Part shown: piece after piece, positions 1 through 27,238 of the stretch
Layout of the letters: the number at the start of each line of letters is the position of its first letter
Numbering within the stretch: position 1 is the stretch's first letter
Source: Cercozoa sp. M6MM
Lineage: Eukaryota > Protista > Endomyxa: Ascetosporea
DNA length: 41,055 nucleotides
Assembly (NCBI GenBank): GCA_040357565.1
Contig: JBDODJ010000101.1
Direction: 5' to 3' (one strand)
The notes under the pieces: generated by a model
What the model was told of the DNA's origin: nothing
What the model saw: only the letters and a program-made list of their open reading frames with translations
Database searches by the model: none
Translations under genes and position numbers: made by a program

Positions 1-49
<49 letters not shown>

Positions 50-127
50 CATGGGAATTTGAGCTGTAAAAAAGATAAACAACTCGACTGGATGCAGTAA
101 AGATAAACATTGTGTGCTGTTTTGCAG

Positions 128-14349
<14,222 letters not shown>

Positions 14350-14425
14350 CGCGTTTGAACGGTCTCACCCCAAACATCCGCGAATGCCCCGGGCTATTTT
14401 GGTTGTGCATACTGTCATGACGCAG

Positions 14426-14534
14426 TTTGGATTCTTCTTAGTTAGTTGAGTCTTCTAGGAAACCAACTATGTAGTTCCCCTGCACCAGCCTGGGGTGGGT
14501 CGCTTAGGGTAGGACCATATTTGGATTCTTCTTA
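14426..14534. mobile_element. 79-bp insertion (14441-14519) flanked by a perfect 15-bp direct repeat, putative target-site duplication; SINE/non-LTR-fragment-like
   Basis: TTTGGATTCTTCTTA occurs at 14426-14440 and 14520-14534. The first 42 nt of the insert match 29477-29521 at 36/42 positions with one 3-nt gap. Confidence 0.6.
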
Positions 14535-14718
14535 CTGCAAAGCACGTCGTTTTGTAGGCGAGCAGCAAGATATACTAGATTCGGGACGATCTTTAAAATC
14601 ACTATGACCGTTTAGTACCTTAATCGCGGACGGGACGGGGACTTCTGCGATTATTGGTCCCACAGACATGAAAGTAGTCGACTACTGGACACGACGGCAC
14701 GCTAACGCTAGGTTCTAG

Positions 14719-17675
14719 CTACGAGGCGCGCGTCGTCCATTGGTCCATGCGGCGATTGAGTGCATTAATCTCTCGCTGTAGACCGCGCAGTTCCGGGTCG
14801 GAGTCCTTCTGGGCGGGATTTTCCTCTGAGCAAGCACATTGTAGATAGTCAGAAAAGTTCACGTTACAGCAAGGAGAAAGGGGTACCATCGGAGGATGCG
14901 AGCACCATGCGCACACCGGCACGCTGTCGCTTGAGACGCAGAGAGACCGGGTCGTCATCTTCGTCTGCCTCGTTAAAGCCGCTGCTGTCCTTGTGTCGGT
15001 CGGTACTGCTAGTGCCTGTGAATCCCTCGTTGCCCTCTTTGTCTGAATCGGTGAAAAGGGGGTTAAAAACACAGTTCATACAGAGCGGTAGGGGATACCA
15101 GAAGGTCGCAGCAGCTGCGCAATGTCGGCCGAGGAGAGGCCGCCGTTGTCGAAGAGACTCAGACGACGGTTGCCTCCTTCCTGCAAGGATACCGAGTACA
15201 AGTGCGTTTATGGTTCCTTAAGGGTGCTTGTGTGGAGAGTACGCTCGACACAGTGCCGGTGAGTCCGTGCTGCGCGTGATTACCCGTGGAAGACGAGGCT
15301 GCCGTGCCTGCCAGGAGACTCCGTCTGCTCTCTGCGAAACAGACACGGGCAACGAATGAATGAGAGACGTCGGTGATACACTCAAGGATACCGTATGGAG
15401 ACTCAGCAAAGGTGACACGCTTGTCGTCAGCGGCGGTTGTCCCTGCCCACACACACGTATATGTCTCTGCTTGAGAAACCCGATAGTTCATCTGGAGTAC
15501 CCCGCTGCTCCAGTTCGAGTTCCCTCTGTCGCAGCGCTTGCCGTAACTTGCGCAACTACAGCAGTCGCACAATCAGTCAGGTCAGCGAAAGAAGCAAAGA
15601 GCCGAGCCAGAGAGGAAATGAGAAGGCACAGTCATGGACATGTCCCGTATGTCGTCGTCCTTCTGACGTATCGTGTCCTTGGCCTGCGCCAGGTCGGCGC
15701 GCAGCTGCTCGACACTCGACGAGGAGCGTCGCCACTCGGACAGTTTCGAGTCGAGCACGCGCTGCTGCGAGTCGAGTTGCGAGGCCACGCGCCGCTTCTC
15801 TTCTTCGAACTGTTTTTTAGCCTGCACAGACGAGTAGCGAATAAATACGAGTACATACAACAGATGTGTCACACAGCAGCGTACCTCGTCTACGGCTGCT
15901 TTCTGGTGCGATAGTTGCGCTAACCTGTGCTGGTAGTCAGCTGCACTCGGTGATAAAAGTACAGAGAAGGGAGAAGGGAAGCAGCGAGAAGAGAAAGGAA
16001 CCACGAAGCTCGGCAACGGCATCATCAAATCGCCGCTGTAGCTGTCGCTTTTCGTTTTCGAGATTGTCTCTTTCGCGTTGCAGCTGCACGAGTGCAATTT
16101 AGCAACACTCAATACTCCCAACGACCCTCCTTCCACACGAGTTCTTTCGAGTACCTTGTCGAAGGCATCGTTGACTTCGCTTCGAACGCGGTCGGCCTGG
16201 TCCCGCTGCGCGCGCACACGCGCCTCGAACTCGTCCAGCTGCGACTCGCGTCGCGAGCACTCGTCGCTCAGTTGCGCGACCTGCTCGAACTCAGCGTCAG
16301 AAAACAAATTCGAAATATCTATACACACTAATATCTCGGCATGTCAACGCACCTGCTTCTCCCGACGGTCCATCTTGAGGGCGACCTCCTGCAGCGAGCG
16401 TGCGCGCTGCTCGAGTGCCGCCTGCTGCTGCCGCAGTGTGTCCTCCTGCCGCGTCGAGCTGGCCAGTCGCTGCTCGACGTCGCGCTCGATCGCTTCGATC
16501 CGCGCCTTCTCGCGCTGGAGGTCTGTCGGGGTTCGAAAGGGTACAAGGTTGCCAGAGTAGACAAGGGAAGGGTGGGGCAACAAACGCACTGTCGAACAAG
16601 GAGCGCAGTCGCTGTTTTTCGTTTTCATTCTCAGCGCGAAGCTGCGCGTTCTTCTTGTCGTCGGCTTCGATCCGTCGTCGCTCTTGCTGGAACTGCCGCT
16701 CCTTGGCTGCGCACGCATGCTCACGTTCGGTCAGTTCCTCTTTGGTCCGTTGCTGCGTTGATTGATTGGGGGTGCCAAGTACAGAAGCACAAACACAAGT
16801 CGGCAAAGGAGGCTACGAGTTGCTCGTCGAGTGCGGCGAGTCGGCGGTCCTCGGCGCGCACCTCTCCGTCGAGTTGCGCCTTCTGCCGCGTCACTTCGGC
16901 GTCGAGCTGCGCGAGCTCACGGCGGCGCTGAGAAACCTTCTTCTCGCGCTCGGCGACTTCGCGCTTGAGCGAGTGCTGCAGTCGCTGCGCCTCGGATCGC
17001 GCTTGCTCAGCTTCCTCTCTAAGAGGGAAGGGGTTGGGTTTCCATTGGTGGGTGGGAGAGAACAGAGAAGCAGGCTGCTGTACTGAGCGTTGCGCAGTTG
17101 CTTCTCCTTGCGTTCCAAGTCGAGTTGCATCTCCTGCTGCCGCTCGCGCTCGCGGTGCAGCTGCTGTTGGCGCGCTTCGAGTCGAGCGGCCACTTCTTGC
17201 AGGTCCAGCTCACGCTGCGCTACCTCGCGCTCACGCTCACGCAGGCGGCGCTGTGAGTCTTCGATCGCACCTCGCTCCTGCGTAGAGAGACACAAGGAGG
17301 CGCACGTACGTCAGACACAAGTTTACAGCAGAGTGAAACACTAGAGAGAGAAGGAAAGTAGAGAAGGAAAGTAGCAGGGAGCGGCACGCGCGGAGTGGGG
17401 TGTCGTACTGCTTCGCGACGGAACTCGTCTCCGAACTCGCGCGCAGTGAGCGGTCGCGATGACGCCGGCGCCGTCAGCACACCAGGCAGCGCACCGCCCG
17501 GCAAGGCACCGCCGGCAGTGTCGTACGCATAGTGCGACCGCGTGCCGACGCCAGGAGGAGGAGCGATCGTCGTGTCGAACAAGGTGTCCTCTAGACGGCG
17601 ACTGCAGCAACAACAGTACAGAACAGTACACAAGGCGACCCGCCCAACAATCAAAACATGCAAATCCTTCACCAT
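14719..17675 (-). CDS. Long E/R/Q-rich coiled-coil protein, family unassigned, multi-exon
   Basis: Minus-strand exons encode continuous heptad-rich segments, e.g. RRLREREREVAQRELDLQEVAARLEARQQQL and QLDSQQRVLDSKLSEW. The last exon ends ELRGLQREINALNRRMDQWTTRAS-TAG at 14719. The start MVKD at 17675 is tentative. Confidence 0.7.
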
Positions 17676-18099
17676 CTGGAGGGAAAGCTTTATTGGACTA
17701 AAAAGTAAGTAACGAATGCCAAAACAGGCTTGTTCTCCCGAAATGGCCGGAAGTGGCGCCGTTGGCATGACCACGATCAGAGCGCAGTGCTTAAAGCAGG
17801 GCGTGAAAACACACCGCAGCCCGATCGAATGGATCCCAGATTGCAATCATGCAATCAGCAATTCGAGCCATTTACCGCGTGTCACCGAATAGAGGATCAG
17901 TCATGCCGGTCTTGTCGACAACACAGACCACGCGTGGACACAACGAGAGCGCAGATCGCTCACGTGAAAGAGTCGCCAGCGCTCACCGAATGAATAATAA
18001 AGACAAAAAACAATCAACCGCCACCTCTTGACAGACATAAGAGCCCTAAGTGTCCGCACAGTGCTGTGGTATAGCATTTAAGGGCGTGAACGGTGTCAG

Positions 18100-18607
18100 A
18101 TGGGCAATCGTTCATCCAAGCTGCTCTCCGTCGAGGAAGCCCAACAGCGCTGTAAACTTTCTTTCGTGATTCTCCAGTCAGTTCGACTGCGTTTTTCATG
18201 TGAGACTGAGTGAGCTGATTTCATAGTGACGACGGAGGAGTGGGATCGCTGGAATGACAGCTTCGATCGACTGGCACAGCGCACAGCTCGTGCCTTGTAC
18301 GCCCGTGTTGATGTGTCTTCGAGGTACCTGGGCTGGTGGGAAGCTCTGCCTGCATCCAAAATGTCTGCTGTGTGCTGCAGCAAGCCCTTCGTGTCGGAAG
18401 CGGTGTTTCAAGCGGCCATCCTGCGGCGTCGCATGCCGGCACAGATGGGCCGCCGACTCTTTGACGCTCTCAACGTGAAGCGTAACCGTCGCCTGTCGCG
18501 ACGCGAGTTCCTCACCGGCATGGTGGCCCTCACTCGCGGCACTGTCGATGAACGTCTCCGCCTTCTCTTTGGCATGTACGACACGCACATGGTGCCTGCC
18601 TCTCTCT

Positions 18608-18665
<58 letters not shown>

Positions 18666-21608
18666 TGTGTGTATGTGTTTCAGGACGGAGTGCTCTACGT
18701 GGACCAAGTGATGACGGTGACGAGCTACTTTGCGAGTGCACTGTCGACGCGTCACGTGCCTCGCGACTGTGGTCGCATCCTGTTCCGTGCCATGCAGCCT
18801 GGTAGGCCACCTTTGGGGGGGGGGCGCGGGGGCCCCCTGTATGCTCATGTGTCTATCTAGGCGAGGTGGAGGCACAGCGTCCCAGGCACAAGCTCTCCTT
18901 CGAGAACTTCCGACAGTGGGCACTGCGTCACCTGGACTTCCCCATCGTGTCCTGGGTCTTTGCCCTCGACAGTCCCGAGGCACTCGAGCGTGCCACGCAA
19001 GAGGCCGTGCAGCGCCGCCAGGAGGTCGCCGCGCTGGCACGCGAGGCCGAGGACATGCGAAAGGATGGTAGTTATGCCCACCATGACGTGTATATTTTTG
19101 TACGTGTGTATATGTACATACACTGTGTATCAATGTCACGCAGGCGACGAGAGACGCGAGTTGCCCGAGTGGACCGACGCGCAGAAGAAGGCCGTGCGAC
19201 TCGCGCGACGCGACCGTGCCACGCGTGCTCTAATGTAGCCACACTCTCTCACTCACCTAGCTGGTCTTGGTGTCTGTGCATCCCTCTCCGTCCGCGCGGA
19301 TGTGTACAGGAAGACAACGGTCGCGAAACCAGCGGGCGACAAGGAGAAGGACGAGAGTGTGGAAGAAGAGGTTGCCGCCGATGCGAATGTTCTCGTGAGT
19401 CCCACGAGCAGTGACAATAGCAGCAACTTCCGTGTGCGTCCGCGCGGAGGCTCCGTGGCCTCGCTGACCCACTTTGACGAGAAGGAACTCACCGACCTGG
19501 AGCGGCAGTTCCACCGCATGCGCGAGCGAGGTAGTTCTCCCTTCCTTCCTCCCTCCTCCCTTCCTCCCTCTGCACAGTATGTACAATGTGTGCATGTGTG
19601 TGTGTGTGTGTGTGTGTGTGATGCAGCGAGCGAGAGGAGGTTCCTGGAGTCGCGTCTCACGCCGACGGCCGAGGAGAGCGAGAGTGAGAGCGACAACAAC
19701 GATGAGGCCGAGCTCACCGACACTGTCGACGTCAGTACACCTGCTGTCCAGCAGGACAAGGACAAGGACAAGAAGGACGAGGACGAGGACGAGGAGGACA
19801 AGGACGTCTCTGACGAGAGCGACTCCATGCGCCGCAGTCGGGTCTTTGTGAACCACTCGACGCTCGAGCAGATGCTGCGCAGTGGCGACTCTGCCGGCGA
19901 CGACGTGTTGGTACCCCCCCCCCCCTTCCCTGCGCATTTTAGATATCAGTCATGCCATCGCCCCTTGCCATTGTGCTACAGGTCCGCCGTGTGGTGTCGG
20001 CGTTCGACGCCAATGCCGACGGTCGCGTCGATCTGCGCGAGTTCCTGGTCGGTCTGTCCTCGTGCTGCCGCGGTTCGCACGACGAGAAGCTGCGCTTCGC
20101 CTTCCGTGTCTTTGACGCCAACGCCAGTGGTCACTTGCAGCGTGGTAGACCTCGCGTTTGTCCCTTGCCTTCCTTTGCCTTCCTTTCCTTTCCTGTACTG
20201 TTGTGGGTGTGCGACCAGGCGAACTGGAGGAGATGCTGCTGGCCGTGTGGAAGGTGGCCGAACTCAAGGAGAAGATTGGCGAGTTGCTGAACCGACCCAA
20301 GGACAATGCCGCTGCCGACACTGGCGACGGCGATGGCGAGAATCCCGACGCTGTGCACCGCTTGGTACTTTCCATATACCTGTATCTCTATTTATAATAT
20401 GACATATACACATGTGTACATTGATCCAGGTTGTCAAATTGGTCGACACAATCTTCCGCGATTACGATCTCGATGGCGATGGTCGCATCAACGAGTCCGA
20501 GTTCCGTCGGTACCCAAGCCTGTCATCTCTGTCTGTATGTACCCATGCACACCTGTATGATGACAGATGGGCCAACGACAACCCGTACGCACTGTCGTTT
20601 TTCTCCAAGATCCATGAGGTGACCCTTCCTCCTATGCATGGTTTGGTATGTACACTTGTGTATGTGTGTGTGTTATATGGTTGCAGTTCGCCACGGTGCG
20701 ACTCGGTCTGCAACCCAAGAGTCCTTCTCACGAAGGTGAGATTATTCGGCGCTTCCTTGCCCAGGTACAGCACACCTGTAATTGCATTGTCTGCACCGGC
20801 ATACCATACCAACTCTCCTTGGTAGTGTCCGTACGCCACTCACGAGTCGCCGGCGTCGACTCCGCTGCCCGAGAGCAGCAGCAGCGCCGCCGTCGAACTC
20901 GAGCCAATCGGCGGCGGCGACGAGGAGAGCGACGGCGTCTTTGTCGTGTCGTCGCGCTGGTGGCGTGTCTGGCGCGACTACGTCAACTCGGACGGTTCCC
21001 CACCCCCATTCCTCTGCCCCCTCCGCCTGTCTACTTACTGTCTACGCAGGTGCCTCGGTGCGTCCTGGTCCTGTCGACAACGAGGACATTCTCGAACTGG
21101 GTAACACCCTCTGTGTTGGATGGGTTTGTGTATAGTTTGACATGATGCCACTCAGAGGGCGACACTCAAAGCGACCGTCGGCAGCTGCAGCTGCGGCGCA
21201 GTTGCGTCGAAGGCCCCGACGCTGACTTTGTCATCGCGAGCGAGCGCGTCTGGTTCGCGCTGTCCAACTGGTACACACACTGCTCCAACCGGCTTGTCTG
21301 TTGTTGGTACACATGGTACACACGGTAGGTACGGAACCTCGCGGATCGGCGCCATTCGGCGACACGTGGTGCGCGACGTAGATGCGCCTGACAGTCGGCA
21401 GCGCGTGGTGGAGCTCTTCCCGCCCGCCTTTGTCGTCGAGATTCCCTCGCTGGGCCGCTCCATTCGTGTACCCTTCCCGGTGTCCCTTCCTTGTATGTCA
21501 TCTGCGGTATGTGTGTCACGCAGTGGTACGCTTCGCGCACGATGCGTATTGCCGACCTCAAGCGCGGCGTGTGCGAGGCCGCTGACCTGCAGTAGCCTGA
21601 CCCTTCTG

Positions 21609-21668
<60 letters not shown>

Positions 21669-24600
21669 CCCTTGTATCGCCCTTGTATGACCCTTGAGCA
21701 CAGGCCGCACAAGGTGCGCATGTGGGACGCCGCGCAGTCTGCCGAGGACGCCGAGGAACCGTCGGAGTCGATGGCGGCCTCGGTGGACGCTGGGCCTGCA
21801 CCTGAGCCGGTGGCCGACGCTGCCGCTGCCAACGGTGCCGCAGACCAGCAGGGCCAAGGACAGGGACAGGAGGCAGCAGTCGGTGCCAGCAACCTCACGC
21901 CGCTGGTGGACGAGCAGACGATCGACGAGGCCGCTCTCGTCGACGGCCAGCGCGTGCTCGTCGAGATCCAGCGCGAGGATGGCTCGTAGCCTGACCTCTT
22001 GCACATGTAGTAGAGGTCCGCTTCTGTGTACTGCCCTTCTGTGTGTGACTACAGGTGGCCGGGTGTCAAGCCGCCGCCGCGTGCGTCGCGTGGCTTTGCC
22101 TTGCGTCGCTGGTGGCCTGGTACTTTTCTTCGTCAGTCCAGGTACATGTGGGTGTGCAGGTGCATGTCTGTATGGTGCGACAGCATCGCCTGCCAGTTCG
22201 ACGACGACGTCTGCGGCGTCTGCCCCTGCACCGTACTGCCTCTGGCCACCTCATGCTCTCTCTGTAGTTCCCTCCTGTGTATGTCTCCGTCTGCATGCAC
22301 AGTCAACGCGAGACAGAGCTGACAGACGACGCCTACAAGGGCGTTACGGGTTTCTACAACCTCGGCAACACGTGCTTCATGAACGCGGCGCTGCAGTGCC
22401 TGAACCACACGCCGCTGCTGTCGGCGTACTTCCTGTCCAAGCTGTACCAGCACGAGCTCAACCCGGACAACCCGCTCGGTATGGAGGCCAAGGTGGCCGC
22501 GCAGTATGGCCGTCTCATCCAGCAGATCTGGCACGCCGAGCCATTCGCGCGCATGGCCCCGCGCGCACTCAAGTCCACCATCGGTGTCTTTTCTTTACCC
22601 CTACCCCTTCGCCGCCTTGCCGCCCATACCCCTACCCTTACCCTTCACCCCTCATACACCTCCCCTTTACCCCCTCCCCTCGCAGGCAAGTTCGCCCCGC
22701 AGTTCACGGGTTTCCGTCAGCAGGACGCGCAGGAACTGCTCGCTTTCCTGGTACTGTCAACTCTGTCCGTTTGTACCTGTCTTGTGTACAATGTGTACGG
22801 TACAGTTGGACGGTCTGCACGAGGGTCTGAACCGCGTGCTAGACAAGCCGTACATGACGATTCCCGACTCGGACGGCCGGCCCGATGCCGAGGTGGCTGC
22901 TGAGGTGTCTACTCTTTACCCCCTGCCTGTGTGTGTGTGCATGTGTGGTGTATGTCTGGCAGCACTGGCAATGTCACGTGGCACGCAATCGCTCCGTCAT
23001 TGTCGACCTGTTCCAGGCGCAGCTCAAGTCGGTACCAACTGATCCCTGTTGATCCCTATTGATCCCATGAGAGTGACTGAGTGACTGCAGACCGTCATCC
23101 GCGAGTGCGACTGCCGTCGCGAGAACGTCAAGTTCGACCCCTTCTCGGTCCTGTCGCTGCCGCTGCCCAAGCCGCGGGTGCCACCATATATCCCTCCTAC
23201 CCCTCTCCTCCATACCCCTATTACCCCCCCCCCCCCCGGCAGGAGCGGTATGTGCAAATCGTCGTTGTGTTCGACGCACTCGAATCGGCCGGCCGCGTGC
23301 CTGTGCGCTACGCTGTGCCGGTGCAGTATGGCGAGGTGTCTTGTGCTATCCCCTCCCCTTACATGAGTGTGTGGATGTGCGTGTGTGTGTGTGTACAGAG
23401 AGTTAGCGAAGTGCGCGAGCGTCTGGCCGAGATGTGCGAGGTGCCAGCCAGGTGCGTTGTGTCACTGTTAACCCCCCCCCCCCTCCGAGTACACGGACTG
23501 AGTGTGCTTGCAGACGACTGGTGGTTGCCGAGGTGTTCAATCGTCGACTCTACCGGTGCACTCTCACTAACCTGCCTGTCTCTATATATATATATATATC
23601 GCTATCTATATATTTATATGTATGTACTGGTATATGTGAGTGTGTATGGACAGAGCACTGCGCACTGGCAGCGACGCGGCTGTTCTGTCGGAGCGACGCG
23701 GCGACCTCCTGTACGCCTTCGAGGTGCCGCGCAGCATGGCGCCGCGCAAGCCCTCACTGCCGCCCTCTCGTTCCAAACAGCAACAACAGGAGAAACAACA
23801 ACCGAAACAACAAAGCAAACAGGCCGACGACAAGGTCGTTGTCAACGGCAAGGAGGTCACTCCCGTTGACACCGCACCTGCAGCTGAGACCGCTGAGACT
23901 GCCCAGACTGTTGAGACTGTCGAGGTGACTGAGACTGCAGCTGAGTCTACCGCTGAGGTCACAGAGGGAACTGACACCACCGAGGCAGACGAGAAGCAGC
24001 AGCAGGAAGAGGAGCAAAGCGAGGAGAAGGAGGAGGAGGAGAAGGAGGAGGAGAAGGAGGAAGAAGAGAAGCAGGAGGAGGAAGAAGACAACGAGGACTT
24101 TGCCGTGGTGCCTCAGCGTGATCCGACCGAGCGAATGTCGTCGGCCGAACGCGCCTTTGCCGCCTACGGTCCGAGTGCCGCGGCCACGGGTGCCGCCTCA
24201 GCCGTCTCCTCGTCCTCCACCGGCACTGCCCCTGCACGCACGTCTGCCTCGCCCTACCGCTCGCCTTACAGTAAGTCTGTGTGGATGTGTATGTTTGTAT
24301 GTACGTGTGTGTGCGGACAGGCTACGGTGGCTACGGTGCGCGCAAGGCGGACCCGCAGCGCGACGTGTTGCGTGTCTACGGCGACGTGGCACTCGACTAC
24401 AGGTGCACATACCCTCTGCCTCCCCCTTACCTCCTTGCCTTTTGCACCTTACACCCCTGGTCTGACCGCAGGTGCGTGCGCGTGCAGCTGCTGCACCGTC
24501 GCATGGTGCCGACGCAGGACGCCTTCCTCAACACGCACCGGCCGAAACTTGTGGCACATGCGCCGCTGATCCTGTGGTACCTTTTGTCTCTCCCGGTCAC

Positions 24601-26118
24601 TCACTAGTCATGTGTATATGTCTGTGAATGTGCGTGTGATCAGGGTGCGACCGGCCGAGTTGACACGTGCGCAGTTGTACGACCTCGTGTGGCAGTACTG
24701 CCGTCGCTACACGTCCATGCCAGCGTCGACGTCGGGTACTCTCTGCACACTGTACTTTGTGTGCTCTGTGTGCACTGTACTTTGTGTGTGTACTCTGCAG
24801 CGAGTTCAGAGACGGCGCCTCCCTTCACACTGAAGAGAGTCACGCAGAGTGCGCAGCAGTGCCTCGTGTGTCCCTGGGTCAACTGGTGCTTTGGCTGCGC
24901 ACTGCCGGCCGACGACCTGTGCCTGGTATCTGCTGGCCTACCTTGTCTCTTTGGTCCGTACATGTGTCTGTGTCTAGGCCACGGAACCGACCTTTGCGCG
25001 TGCTGCTGCACGAGTGCGAACGGGAGCCTTGCAGGCGCCGACCCTTGCCATTGGTACCGTGTCTAGTTCGTCTGTCCATAAGCGTGCATACACATGTGTG
25101 TGTCCGTGTGCAGACTGGGACGACGACTACTTTGAGCAGCATTTTGACGTGCGCGAGTGCGACGCCGTGTGGCCGCACGCCTCGGTGTCTGCCGCCGCCA
25201 ACGAGCGACGTCGCGCGCTCTCCTTCGGAGACTGCATGCGCGAGTTTACCAAGATCGTACCCTCTCTGCCTGAGATATCTTTACTTTACCCCCCCCCCCC
25301 CCCCGTTAATCAGGAACGTCTCGAGGGCGAGTCGGCACTGTACTGCGGTCGCTGCGAGCGTGATGTGCCGGTGACCAAGCAGCTCGAGCTGTGGAGTCTG
25401 CCGCCTGTGCTGTGCATCCACCTGAAGCGTCTGGTACACCCCTGTGTCAACTCAATGTAACACGTAGGCTGCCCTATTGTACCACCTCTCAGGTCGGACG
25501 CGGCCAGAAGATCGCGACACTGGTGGACACGCCGCTCACCGATTTTGACCCGTGCGAGTTCGTGTCGCCCAACAACCATGTAACCTCTGCTTGTTGCCTA
25601 CCCCCCCCCCCCAGGTATCTTGCCCGTCTGAGTAGGCACTGCACGAGTCGCGGCCGCGGTACGACCTGTATGCCGTGGTGAACCACCTCGGCAGCGGCTT
25701 TGGCGGCCACTACACGGCGCACTGCCTGGTGCGGAAGCACGCCGTGGCGCGCATGCTGATGCGACACGAGCGACGCATGGACGAACTCGAGGGTCGTGCC
25801 ACCAGGTAGGCCTCCTTCACTGTAACACTTGTATTCTGCTGTACGCGTGGACGTTGCAGTGAGGACAAGGATGCCGAGGCGACAGAGGAGGCCGGCAACG
25901 CCGACACGACTGTCCCCGAGGACGCCGAGAGCAGCTCGAGTCAGGAGGGCCAGACCCAGGACGGCCATGACGGCGAGTGGTTCCTCTTCGACGACTCGCG
26001 CGTGCGCCGCATTCCGCGCGACCGCGTCGTCACCTCGCGTGCCTACATGCTCTTCTACGTGCGCCGAGGCCTCTGTCTTGCCGATGGTACCCTCTGCTGC
26101 ATGCACCTGGGTGCACTG

Positions 26119-26175
<57 letters not shown>

Positions 26176-26313
26176 TATGTATGTTGTCCTTCTGCAGTGC
26201 TGACGGACGCCGTGCTGGAGCGCACCGGTGCCGAACTTGATGCCGCGCAGCGTGAACTCGTGAGTGCTGCTGCCTCGGCCACGTGCGGTCGACCGCGTTG
26301 CGCCTTCATGTAG
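18100..26313 (+). CDS. USP32: Ubiquitin-specific protease USP32-like (EF-hands, DUSP, UBL, split USP catalytic domain, C-terminal CaaX), about 40 introns
   Basis: N-terminus MGNRSSKLLSVEEAQQRLTTEEW resembles the USP32 start. EF-hands FDANADGRVDLREFLVGLSSCCRG and FDANASGHLQRGEL; DUSP VVSSRWWRVWRDYV..PGPVDN..WYG; Cys box GFYNLGNTCFMNAALQCL; QQDAQELLAFLLDGLHE; His box YDLYAVVNHLGSGFGGHYTA..WFLFDDSRV..AYMLFY; ends CAFM-TAG. Confidence 0.92.
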
Positions 26314-26501
26314 GTAGGCACGGGTCTCGTCTAGGTAGACACCAGACGCCGACGCCGAGCTTTGCGCGTCAAAGTGTAATTTGATTTGTCCAATCACCCG
26401 ACTTCAGTTAACAGCGCTGCAGAGGAGGTGTATATCTGCTATCGCATCATTCGATTCAGTTCCCCACTCGGCTCAGTCAGGCTGACGGCGCACATGGCGG
26501 A

Positions 26502-26896
26502 CTAAGCGGTGAAGTCGACGCCAGCGAAAGAGGAGACGCGCGTGTTCTGCAAAACTGCGAGCTGCTTCTCGCCCTTGCGGAACAGAAAATCGATGCGCTC
26601 AAAGTTCGTTCGCGGCACTGTTCGGTACTGCTCGAATTCGGCGCGTACGGACTTCATCTGTTGGCAACACCTCTGGAGCACACTTATGGATAAGTTCGGA
26701 GAGTCAGTACCAGTGGCCGCAGGTGCCGCCTCTGCATGGGACTTTCGTCGTTCAGCACTTTCTCACGTGCCGTTCGATGGAAGGTGCGGTACTGACACAC
26801 AACACGGAGCGCTAAAACTTCATATCACTAGCTAGGTAGGTAGGCATCTCATACCAGAGCAATAATGCGCTTTCGCAATGAAGTGGGCGCACTCAT
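26502..26896 (-). CDS. SDHAF1: Succinate dehydrogenase assembly factor 1 (LYR-motif protein, Sdh6/LYRM8), 3 exons
   Basis: Spliced product MSAPTSLRKRIIALYRTFHRTAREKVLNDESPMQRRHLRPLMKSVRAEFEQYRTVPRTNFERIDFLFRKGEKQLAVLQNTRVSSFAGVDFTA. It has the LYR motif plus the VRAEF..PR.....I.FL.RKG.KQL pattern of SDHAF1, and two canonical GT-AG introns. Confidence 0.85.
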
Positions 26897-27238
26897 GTCG
26901 CAGACAGTCTATAATATGTAATGAAACGCCAGTTTAGTGAACGACAGTACTAACTATGGCGCCAAAACAGAAAAGATGCATCCAGTTCTTGGCCAGTGGC
27001 TATTCTTGTAAAACAGTTTCAGGTGTCCAATCATCTGCTCAGTGCTGCGAATTCTAAGTATCTAGTGCCGTTTGTGTGTTTTGAGGCTTGACTTACTTGC
27101 AGAAAGGTACAACAGCTCTTGTCCGGAGGGGTGGGTGCAGCAATGTGGAAATTTCCTCAGCCGTGCAAAAATTCCAAAGGAACCTACCTGCAATCCGCTT
27201 TAATCCCCTTGCTGGTGCAGAAAACAAGAAGGGCAAAA

